Source: Amphiscolops sp. MND2022 (Eukaryota). From it: a DNA stretch of 64,000 nucleotides. Below, one piece after another: positions 11,955-23,400 of this stretch; the stretch's first letter is position 1, and the number at the start of each line of letters is the position of its first letter. A program made the position numbers and the translations under genes. The notes under the pieces were generated by a model. That model saw only the letters and a program-made list of their open reading frames with translations, searched no databases and was not told the origin of the DNA. The stretch lies in contig OZ076416.1 of NCBI GenBank assembly GCA_964187785.1, positions 27,590,001 through 27,654,000 of the forward strand, in the 5' to 3' direction.

Positions 11955-12101
11955 AGAAGTAAGACTGTGCCCCGCAGGGGCATGTTTTATTAATATTACT
12001 ACTTGAATTGAACAATATTAAAATAATCATTATTACAAAATTGTTCAATTGAAGTAGTAATATCAATAAAACAGGCCCCTGCGGGGCACAGTATCACTTC
12101 T
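11955..12101. mobile_element. Short hairpin MITE-like element
   Basis: ~62-bp inverted arms (AGAAGT..ACTGTGCCCCGCAGGGGC...TTGAACAAT and its reverse complement) around a ~20-bp spacer. Confidence 0.7.
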
Positions 12102-12570
12102 ACATCGAAAAGGTTATTTTTTGTGATCAGCATACCATCAAGCTACGGATCGAGGTTTCGTTATTGACCCAACATTGGAGAGCTGGAAGAGGTTCGAACC
12201 TGATAGAGGCCCATTACAGGCAGAAGCTGTAACCACTACATCATGCTTCGCAGTGTATACAAAAAGATTAGTGACATGTAAACAAACGAAAAATCAGTTG
12301 CCGATTCTGGTTCACAGAATCTGATCATTATTATCATAATAATGATCAGATTCTGTGAACCAGAATCGGCAACTGATTTTTCGTTTGTTTACATGTCACT
12401 AATCTTTTTGTATACACTGCGAAGCATGATGTAGTGGTTACAGCTTCCTGCCTGTATTGGGCCTGAATCCGGTTTGAACCTCTTCCAGCTCTCCAATGTT
12501 GGGTCAATAACGAAACCTCGATCCTTAGCTTGATGGTATGCTGATCACAAAAAATAACCTTTTCGATGTA
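12101..12570. repeat. ~470-bp near-perfect palindrome with two outward-facing tRNA-like heads (copy 1)
   Basis: Symmetry centre at 12335 (ATTATTAT-C-ATAATAAT). The inner ~107 bp of each arm is perfectly complementary, with about 8 differences further out. Confidence 0.95.
12419..12495 (+). other. tRNA-like (SINE) head in the right arm; mirror copy on the minus strand in the left arm
   Basis: A-box-like TGATGTAGTGGTTA, B-box GGTT(C/T)GAACC, ends in CTCCA. Confidence 0.55.
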
Positions 12571-13294
12571 GGAAAAAAACTTGAAAAATCAGCAACGATC
12601 AGTCAGACCTTTGTGATCCTGAAGAAATCAGTTGATGTTCGATCGAAAGAGCGCTGACTCAGAAAAAAATAACCGCTTATTCGGTGTTTACCCCGCGAAA
12701 TTGGGGAAACAAACCATCTTCTTTGTCTTCGTCTTCGTCATATTCTTTTCCGTTTTCTTTTCCTCCTTGGCGTTTCTCAATTTCATTTCACTATTTAAAG
12801 TGGTTTGGGTGGTGTTCATTTAGTTTTTGCGTTGTTTATTCATCTGAATGTCACTATCAGATTCATTCCCGACAAAAAAAAACATTTTCAAATTCCTTAA
12901 CAAAATATAACAAAACTATGACCGTATTTCTGGCATCAAAGAATGAGTTACACCTAGAACTCCGAATGTTGAGAAAAACATTTTCACTGCGCCACGTGTC
13001 ATCACCTGCTATCAGGGATGTTCAAAGTTTAATCGGGCATTCGATTTATCGCGATTAATCCAAAAGATTAACCTATCGTCACTGTTTTTACTATCGATTA
13101 ATCTATCGAAATGAATAATATATCGCCGATTTTTGCTGACCCAATTTCAATAGCCAGTCAGCCAATCAGCGTTGAGCCAACAAAGTGAATTCATAGATGT
13201 GAATTAATAGGGAATTAATGGTGAACTAATAGATGACTTGTTGTAGCCAGGGTATGTCTCCTACCGTCAAACTTGGCACCGCAACTTTCTTAAA

Positions 13295-13784
13295 GTTCTT
13301 TTCCTACATCGAAAAGGTTATTTTTTGTGATCAGCATACCATCAAGCTACGGATCGAGGTTTCGTTATTGACCCAACATTGGAGAGCTGGAAGAGGTTCG
13401 AACCTGATAGAGGCCCATTACAGGCAGAAGCTGTAACCACTACATCATGCTTCGCAGTGTATACAAAAAGATTAGTGACATGTAAACAAACGAAAAATCA
13501 GTTGCCGATTCTGGTTCACAGAATCTGATCATTATTATCATAATAATGATCAGATTCTGTGAACCAGAATCGGCAACTGATTTTTCGTTTGTTTACATGT
13601 CACTAATCTTTTTGTATACACTGCGAAGCATGATGTAGTGGTTACAGCTTCCTGCCTGTATTGGGCCTGAATCCGGTTTGAACCTCTTCCAGCTCTCCAA
13701 TGTTGGGTCAATAACGAAACCTCGATCCTTAGCTTGATGGTATGCTGATCACAAAAAATAACCTTTTCGATGTAGGAAAAAAAC
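13295..13784. repeat. Palindrome copy 2 (slightly longer arms)
   Basis: Centre at 13539. The left flank GTTCTTTTCC pairs imperfectly with the right GGAAAAAAAC. Confidence 0.95.
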
Positions 13785-14216
13785 TTGAAAAATCAGCAAC
13801 GATCAGTCAGACCTTTGTGATCCTGAAGAAGTCAGTTGATGTTCGATCGAAAGAGCGCTGACTCAGAAAAAAATAACCGCTTATTCGGTGTTTACCCCGC
13901 GAAATTGGGGAAACAAACCATCTTCTTTGTCTTCGTCTTCGTCATATTCTTTTCCGTTTTCTTTTCCTCCTTGGCGTTTCTCAATTTAATTTCACTATTT
14001 AAAGTGGTTTGGGTGGTGTTCATTTAGTTTTTGCGTTGTTTATTCATCTGAATGTCACTATCAGATTCATTCCCGACAAAAAAAAACATTTTCAAATTCC
14101 TTAACAAAATATAACAAAACTATGACCGTATTTCTGGCATCAAAGAATGAGTTACACCTAGAACTCCGAATGTTGAGAAAAACATTTTCACTGCGCCACG
14201 TGTCATCACCTGCTAT

Positions 14217-14745
14217 CAGGGATGTTCAAAGTTTAATCGGGCATTCGATTTATCGCGATTAATCCAAAAGATTAACCTATCGTCACTGTTTTTACTATCG
14301 ATTAATCTATCGAAATGAATAATATATCGCCGATTTTTGCTGACCCAATTTCAATAGCCAGTCAGCCAATCAGCGTTGAGCCAACAAAGTGAATTCATAG
14401 ATGTGAATTAATAGGGAATTAATGGTGAACTAATAGATGACTTGTTGTAGCCAGGGTATGTCTCCTACCGTCAAACTTGGAACCGCAACTTTCTTAAACT
14501 TCAATTAAATTTTGTGGGATAAAAACACGGTTAAAACTATTGTTATGTCAAACCCCAGCGATGAAATTTAGTCTTGGCTAAACAAAAGATTCCGATTAAT
14601 TTATCGATTGAAAAAACTGCTAAAACTTGATCCAGATTATTCTTTGAACTTCCCTGCCTGCTATTGACTGAGATTGGCTGTCTTGTTGGTTACATTGTCC
14701 GTGTTCAGATTGAAATTCGGAGAATTCTTCTGCTAAACATCACTG
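14217..14745. mobile_element. Possible hAT-like non-autonomous element (left part also at 13013-13294)
   Basis: Ends CAGGGATGTT...AACATCACTG with ATCGATTAA(T/C)CTATCG subterminal motifs. No matching TSD. Confidence 0.35.
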
Positions 14746-16849
14746 TTGTACTACATGCAGGAGTATCTTCCGTTAAGTCATTGAGATGAAACCATTAAGT
14801 TGCTGAGGAAAACACGAATTGACAAAAATTTGTCTATAAAATTGAATGAATTCGAAAAAATTTGTTTCTTAAATTTATAAAATTGCTCACTAAAATCAAA
14901 TGGAAATAATGAAATATATAGCAACTCGTTGATATTTTCTAAGGAATCACAGAGTAGTAGAGGAAGGGGCGTTTCTCACAATCAGTGCTCCCAAGGCAGG
15001 AAAATTTCATGCCAGAAAGTCCAAAGGTAAAAAGCATGTACTGGTCGAGTTGTTTGAATTGTTTGTCATTTTTCTGAACCACTCTCACTAGCAGAGATGT
15101 AAAAATATATTGTATTTGAGTATATTAACAAAAAATGAATAATCTGTGTCTTTTGTTTCGAACAATACAATATATTTATCAATGTAATTGTGTTTTGGGT
15201 CATTTCATTCTGGTATTCAGTTCAGTTTTGACAGTTTTAACGAGAATGTACTTTTAATTATCGTATACGCAAAATATACGAAAGTAAATTTCTCAGCCAA
15301 CTGTTATAAATCTATAAAGTATTCAGAGTTAGTAAACAGTCGTGTGGAAAAATCTATTCTGGAAGTTTGGTAAACTTATTGATGGTTATAAATACAGTCC
15401 AAAAAAGCACAAATCGAATTTTTGGTCTATATTATTTTTCTTCCAAACACAATATTGGACAATATAATCATTATATTTATTATTAACCAACAATATATAA
15501 AAAAATATTTTTTTTCAACAAAACTCATTTTATACGACAATTTATATTTTTGGTCATAAGTCTATTGGGTAATTCCCATGGATATTGTAGGTCTCAGCAT
15601 TCCAAAGATTTGGTAAGAACACAAAATGGTTGGCAAAAATTTTGAAACAATGTCAGAAAGAAAGCTTCTCAGATGCTTATGTCAAGATATCTAAGGTACA
15701 GCAGTTGTCGGCTTCAGATTAATTGAATTAGCTATCGCCGCGTTCATGTGAAAAGTCTCTGCTACGACTAAATGGCCGACTACAGAATGCAAGTTCGAAC
15801 TGAGAAGTCAAAATTCTGATATTGTTGTCAGCGTTATTTGGTCATCGAAATTATTGAAGAATCGAGGAGAAGAAACGTTCATGGAGGAAAAAAATAGGTC
15901 AAAATTGTTCCCAGGCAGTAATTTTGGAGTAACGGATTCAGGAACACTTTGAGTAGTGTCTAATTGAAAAGGTTCAAAAATGGAAAACAATGAGCTGTAG
16001 TGTCACAACCATTTATGTCTCATTTGCTGCGAGTGTTCTTCTTCACTAACACTGGAGTTGATTCTTTCATTCTCTTGAACGTGGAATTCACGGAGAAGAC
16101 CATGAACAATCAGTGCCGTCGCTTCACATGTTTGTTGGGAAGAGCATTACACCTTTAAAATGTTCCATCAACGGAAGCAGAGACATGCAAAACTGATATC
16201 ACGCGCTTAATTGCCCGAAAAATTGGCAACCGTGCGACGCTTCTGAGTTACAATGTGAAAAACTTCGTGGGTGCAGCTAGAGAAATGAGACAATGCATAA
16301 ATGCCAACAATGAAACCGAAATCAAGTCTTGTAACGTTTGAAGTTGTAAAAGTCAAGGATTGTCGTATTGGATGAACGATATTTAATGGTCGATATTCTC
16401 ATGGCCACGATGTGTTTAGACGATGAACATCAAATCACTGATCAGTGTTGATGATCCAGATCACTAGCAAACTTTGACACTCATCCACATTTCCTTGAGA
16501 AGAGCTAATTCAGCCACACCGTTCGTACCTGATGCTCAACTCAACTCTTTACAGGTGCATGACGAATGGCGCAAGCCTTATCAGTTATGATCTGAACTAA
16601 TAAGTTAAAGAACATCTACAGGACTGTAATCAGCGAACAAAATGGGAAACAGATGATTTGGAAAAGCCTAAAAAGAACTATTTAGTGGATGAAATGTGGA
16701 TGAAAATGTAAAAGTATTGGACGTGCAAGGAGGAAATGATGGCATAGTAAAATATGCGACGGATGGCAAACGAAAACGATCCCTAGTGAAGTTGGCACCT
16801 CTAACACCTACGAAAGTGTTTTTAGTCGGCGCTTTTCCATTAAGGGAAA

Positions 16850-17413
16850 AATGCCCGACTATAGCAGTGACTGTTTTTTTTCTTCAGACTACAATCCTCA
16901 CACTGATTGGTCCACTTTTCTTACAATTCTTACAATCTTAAAATCTTACAATTCTTACTTAGCAAATTTAAAATACTGGCGCAAAAGCTTGCAAAGTAGT
17001 ATTTTTACATCATCTAAGAAACTCAAAGGGACCAAAGGGTATTTTCCCTTAGAGTATTTTCTTTTTTTTTTCGAAAAAAAATTTCCCCAAAAGGTCCCCC
17101 TTCAATTTTTTTGGAGTTTTCCGACACAACGGATGTTGAAAAATCCCAAAGGGTCCCACCTTTCAGTTTTTTCGGCATTGTTAGACTTTTTTTCAAAAAA
17201 GTTTTTTTCACCAAAAGTGCCCCTCCTTCAATTTGTTTGATGATTTGCCACAGAATGGATAAAAAATCTCAAAGTGTCCCCTCTGGTGCGCCAATTCGGT
17301 TCAACTTTTGGGTTTTTCCGGTACCGTAGAAGAGAATACTTTGACACTTTGAAGTCCTTTTGCTGTTTCTGAGCCTTAGATATGGCGCCGAATTGGGCCG
17401 TTCCCGGCTTGTT
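16850..17413. repeat. Interspersed repeat, copy 2 (more complete)
   Basis: Homologous to 9655-10075. Ends in the GC hairpin GGGCCGTTCCCGGCTTGTT. Confidence 0.75.
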
Positions 17414-17449
17414 CAGGAGAAAAATAGATTCGGTGATGTTGATGCCAGT

Positions 17450-20400
17450 CACTTGCATGTGACGAAAGTTGATATCGAACATGATGGATAAGAAGTAGAA
17501 CTCAAATTCCCGAGGAAAACTGTAGAATTTTATCCAGAAACAAACGTATTGAAACAGGAGTAGCCCACGAAACTATGCATCCACCTACCTAACACAAACA
17601 CCTCGGCGAAGTCGCAAGGTCACTTTATCAAGCTAAACCGCGATTCCTGTCACATGTGCAACTTCTAAGGTAATCTACTGGAAAACTGAATAACGTGGTT
17701 GCATATCATACTTCTGAATTCATGAAAATTACCTTGTCTGAAAATCATTTGAGGAGAGCAACAAACATTGAACCCCATGGTTGATCTACATAAACAATTC
17801 TTTCATTTTACATCTTTTTGTTATGTATTTATACTCGATAAGTTGGCGTTCATCCACAGAAAAATTGTCAACGATGTGTATATCATAACTAGTTAGACAA
17901 AAAAACGGTTGAAGAGCTGGAATCAAGTTGGTTCTAATGACCACCACAATTCCAAATTCAGTACTTTACCTCTTTTTGACTTGTCGCCAAGTACTCAGGA
18001 CAATTAACTTAGTAACTTTCAACTTTGAAAGAGTTGGACGTGTTCTCAGAAAAAGAAAAATACCATTTGAACACCTTTGGATTGTACTAAGTGAAAACGT
18101 TGCCCCTTAAAACCAAGGTGCAAGAAAAGTTCAGGAACGGTCTGGAACATTGCATCCAGAGCGGAGCGAAATTTGGTGGAGTAGAAGGGTCATAGAGACC
18201 CCACACAACTCATCACGTGATCCCCACTGTTATTGCCCTAGCTAAAAAAGACTTGTTGCCCTCAAACCGTTTTTGCCTCGTGATGCCATCATGCGATGAC
18301 ATATGCATATGCATCGTTTTCCGAAAAAAATACATCCGAGTCGCAACAACAACTACTTTCCAGGAAAGCTGTCTATTACTGCACTCACTCGAGGCCACCA
18401 ATTGAAGTTGAAAAAATTTGTTTCCACCGTTTTACTTCATTAATTTGTCCTTTTCTCGGACAAAACCTAAAACTTAAGTGAAAATTTCGATATATATAGT
18501 TCCACTTCAATATGGCAGTTGTCGTTTTATTTAATTTAACCTCAAGCAAGAGTGTCAGATGCCGCAGGTGTAAAAGACCGCTTCCAAAAAAGAGTAGGAG
18601 TTGAAAACATCCCATGAGATGAAGAAAAGTATTCAACGCTCAAGGCTTACCGAATACGAGTTCGATATACGACTAACGTCAGAAAGACTTTAGAAATGTG
18701 TCGATTTTCAGAGAGGTCTTTTTGGAACAAACATGGTTTCACAAGTGTTTCTTTGGAAATGTATTCAACATTTGGAAAAGTGTCTTTGGAAAAGTCAACA
18801 TAAAATTCTTTTACTGCGGAGCTTTTTGTCACTTACATTGAGTTGTCCGATTCAATGGCCGAAGGTTCTAGGTACCTATGGTATTGTTGAGATGTCCCCA
18901 ATCAACAGAAAAGGGGATCAAAAACTGGAGCATGTCTGCTCAGGCTGTGAATGTTCGTTGAGCTGGAAACGTTTTTACGAAAGTTTGGATGAAACTGTGT
19001 CACTGGCTTGGGTAATTAGTGCTACAGTTGGATACCACGCACATCTCAATTGTATCGTGTGGTTGAATCACCCAATCACCTTAAAGCGACTCCTTCAATG
19101 ACATCTACCTACTGATTCAAATGATTCGCAAAAACGATCGTGCGTTTCAAAATGGCAACTGGGTTGAAGCTGATGTTTTTTATGTTTTCGCTGTTCGAAC
19201 CAACGAAAAAGGCGTTTACTTGTTACCAAGTGATCAGTCAATTAAACTAATGAGGTTATCATCAATGAGCAAGTAGAATTGAAGTCTCTATGGAGTTGAT
19301 AAAGTTTTTGCGGCATTGTTGAAGTTGTGACAAAAAATCAAAGTGTTTCGAACAACTGGAGCCACTTCAGAAGCTAAGGTGCTAGTTTGGAGACGAGACA
19401 GGTCCAATCACTTACAGCCAAATCGCCGAAGTTTTGATGTCGCCCGTTTAAGCTCGTGCATCGCTAGATAAAAGCACAAGAGGCTCATTCAAGGCGGATG
19501 TGAAAAGAGTTAAAGATTGAAAGAACTCTCAAATCCTCAAATTCTAGTACATTAATTCGTAAACGAATGCAGACTTTGGACGAAACGCATTATCTGGAAG
19601 TATCTTGATAAAAGGAATCTGCTTCAAATCCAAGTTAAACTTTCAAATTCTAAATAGTCTCTATCGTCAAAACCATCTTACGGAAGTTTCGGACTAATCA
19701 GCGTTGTCATTTGGAATTGAAATGGAAATAGGACTGATAAACTCAACGTTCAATCCAAACCAACAGTTTTGTCTCAATGGAATTTGTTTTGCTTTTGCGT
19801 TGACTACCGAACAACCCAGAAATAAATGATGCCGGAAGAATCGAAAGCAGTGAATTTTTTTCTACCAGCAAAACGACTTAAGCTTCTCAAACGTGTAATG
19901 CCACTTACGTATCAATCTTAATCCTGTGTCGTGATAAAATACGAGGAAGACTTGGGGTACATCTACACCTGTTGTTTCTCACGACGGTCAACCCATTTAA
20001 CAAAATAGAACCACCACCCTGTGCAAAATATACGTCTGAAGGGCACAATATGACGTTGTACGTAATGTGTGATATAGCAAACTCGATACGAAATATTATT
20101 CAAACGTTTCTGCCAGAGTTTTTTTCAGGCATTGACAATGGGCAGTTGATTCATAAATTGTTGAAAGTTTTGATAAATTGATTATTACAAAGAAAATGGT
20201 AATTGCTGCTGCGCCGATTACCAGTCACCGCAGAGGAAATCAAATAACTTCAAATTTTTACCCAATGTTTATGACCGCCGTTTTTGGCTATGTGAGCATC
20301 AGGAAAAAAGAATTTTACAAAAAACCGAACAGGAGAAGTCTTCGATGGTGAGGCCAGTTTCATTATTCTGTGCTGCAAGTACTAGAGACTCCTGGACCAT

Positions 20401-23400
20401 ATATATCTCGAGATTAATCATACCAATCTCGTTTGATAGTTTCATTACCACTCCTGTAAACAATAAACTGCGACTTTTTTGTAGCCTTAACCACTAAAGT
20501 ATTTAACTTGAGATGAAGCCTTATTCTCTCCTAATGGAAGGAGAGCAAAATGAATCGACCAAAATGTGAACCAACCTTGCAAAGATGATTGCACTAGTCA
20601 AAACAAATACGTGGTTCGTTATTGCTTGTGATGAAGTCTTGCGAAACACTCAGTTTCTGTTTGCTCTTTGGAGGCTGCATTAAAATCGTTACTGCTGAAG
20701 GCGTTTTTGTTCTATCTTTCAAAGAGGTTTTATTGATGTGGTTATGGCTAAATTCATACGTTATATGCAATAATGTGGTTACCTACAATTGCACAGTCAT
20801 GGTAGTCGAGCTCTTTTATTTGTCCTTTTGTTCCGAGACCCCACGGTTATCAACCTTTCAAAAGTGCAATACAACCGAAGAAGTCAAGCTGTGAACTGTT
20901 TGGCCGCGATTGCTGGTGCGTGCTCGTCTCACATTACGCCGGTAGAAAGTAAAGGTGAGAAGAACGTTTTTTTGAACATGGGTCTGTTCGAGAATGCCTT
21001 CGTGAGTGAGATGGAAGTGCTGCGCTCGGGTAGGTAAAGCTCACATCTCCGCTATAGTCGTCACCAGAGTATAAGGGCTGCTGTTGAGTGTCAACGACAG
21101 TTGCTCAGTAGACGATGCCTGGAACCAAACCCTCAAGAGTCCTGACAACAGGGGGACCTAAAAATTACCTGCAAAGTCCCTACATCAGAATAGGGGTCTG
21201 TTCTCATCTTAGCTTCCTCCGAAGTGGCATTCGGTGTCAGAGGCATCATTGTCTTGCAGTCAGTAGGTTTTTGGTGATTGGTACTCTACTTGTGTAGAAG
21301 CTTTCTTCTGGACAGGTAGATCTGGACAAGGGGAAACCCTTTAAACAAACCTTCGTCACTATCAGATCAACCTTGGTCGGTCGGTATTTGTGATTGTCTG
21401 ATTGAAGTGCAAAAGCGCTCAGTGAAGTTTGGGTCGATGCATTCCACCATGATCCTGTTATAGATGCTTTCCCTATCGTGGGAAATAGCTGAAAGATACT
21501 AACCTTATCAACGTATGCCCAAAGCTGCTCGAGAGTCGATGCTTCTCTAACCGACGTTCATTCGATGGAGTACTAGAAGGTACGCTCTCTTGGAGTCAAC
21601 TTGGCGTTTATGGATTGTGTCAAAGCGTTTATGGATAATGTAACCGGTGGTCCGGTAGTGTTGATCGGTGTTCGCTGATCTGATGGACTTTGTTGTGAAA
21701 CTCAGCAAAAGCGATTTGAATATAGGCCCTAAAATGGCACATAGACATTTTAAACATACTTTGCGATCTCATTGCCATATCTGAAATCGTTTCTCGAATA
21801 GGATGCTGCCAATAAATCACGTGCTTCAGTCGAAAACTTGGGAAGTACGATGGTTTTATTGGAGAACATGAAGTTTAGTTACTGTGCTCGTGGCAAAAAA
21901 TATCTATCATCCGTTGTCAAGTCATCAACAGAGCTCAATTGAGTTGGTACGACAACTGCATGGAAATGAAAACCGCCCATCGGCACAAAAAAGTTGCATA
22001 TTCCTTTGATTCAAGAGGAAGACTTAAAAATCTGAGTATCTGAGTGAGAAAAAAATCTTGAATGTATCCTTACCACGTGAATAGCGATGATCTTGGTGCT
22101 GAAGGAAGGTGTTGAGGCAAAACGTTGAAGTAGTAAAAAAAACGTATCTGCTATACACCTGTAGAACACAATGGAGTTTTTCTGCGACCAGTAGGTCTTG
22201 CGATGAAGTCTCAAGAACCAAACTCGTCGGAATAATGAACACTTATTCATTGTTCACAACCCTGATAGAACCATTTAAATTGAACCCTGATGCCAAACTA
22301 TACTGGCCCAGGAGTCCTCGTTATGCAAAACGGTTTTTATCTTGGGAACATTATATTCAGTTCTAAAGTTATTAACACTATTAGAAGAAAAGAATGAAAT
22401 GAAAAAAAAACAAGTTGATGATTCTCAAAGACTATTGGTACTGAACAGTCCTGATAGATCCATTCAAATAAAAATCCTATGCCCAACTATACTGTCCCAG
22501 GAGTCCTTGTTATGCAAAAAAGTTTTTGTCTTGGGAACATTATGTTCAGATTCTAAAGTTGTTAACACTTTTAGAAGAAAAGAATGAAATGAAAAAAACA
22601 AGTTGATGATTCTCAGAAACTATTGGTACTGAACAGCCCTGATAGAACCATTCAAATAAAAACCCAATGCCCAACTATACTGGCCCAGGAGTCCTTGTTA
22701 TGCAAAAAAGTTTTGTCTAGGGAACTTTATAGTCAGATTTTAAAGTAATTAACACTATTAGAAGAAAAAATTGAAGTGAAAAACAGACTGATGATTCTCA
22801 CAGATTTTTGGTACTGAAGTTGCAAAGACGAACACCGGAGAAATTGATCTGAAGTTTACGTTGCTGAACGATAAGTGAAACGGGTGAGGGATGTTTCGCA
22901 CACTCTCTCTGCAGTTGCCCGAGAGCGATTACTCAATTTGAAGCAATGTGTCGCAAAACTTTTCCAATGGATTGGTATCATTCACGATTAACTTAGTAAT
23001 CCTTTTATGACGTAGATTCGCCATCGTTTTGACGAAACAGGCATTGGGAAGGAGCTTGAATGTTTTTGTATTGAAAATCAGTTCTCGCACTTTTCCGCAA
23101 TGGGTGTTTTTGGATGTTGTTCCCTAGAAAGTGGTAGGTGGTTGTGAGAATCATGCATTTATGCTTGGTATGGGATGTCCATGTCCACCTCAACGAAACA
23201 ACTCGCGAGCCCGAAAGAGTCAGATTGTGAAATACAAGAAGTGGTTGTGCATAGTTCCATCAAAGAACGAAGTGACACCAAAAAAGTTCCCAAAACTGAA
23301 GGCTGTGAAGGTTCGAAATATTGCATGTTTTGATTGTCAGCTTGCAAGTGTCGTAGGGTGCTAGTAGCCTTGACACCAACGCGAACAGCCCGCTCACAAA

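Larger units (their letters stand above)
12100..14498. repeat. Tandem duplication, period 1204 bp (12100-13294 and 13304-14498)
   Basis: The units differ at only about 4 positions that I could see. Duplicated ORFs at 12632 and 13836 confirm the offset. Confidence 0.95.

Noticed and set aside
12419-12495. Functional tRNA-Tyr (CT-GTA-A loop)
   Set aside because: The anticodon and acceptor stems do not pair, so it is treated as a SINE-like head.
12632-14027. Duplicated 63-aa ORFs and the 124-aa ORF at 12684 as genes
   Set aside because: They are low-complexity translations of repeat DNA, duplicated only because of the tandem duplication.
15500-16620. Stop-poor minus-strand frame of about 350 codons
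   Set aside because: No recognisable motif, so no product can be supported.
17450-20200. Stop-codon reassignment (alternative genetic code) to explain protein-like frames with stops
   Set aside because: All three stop codons occur, density is near random in parts (about 29 in 520 codons by my count), and frameshifts are common. This is ordinary pseudogene decay.
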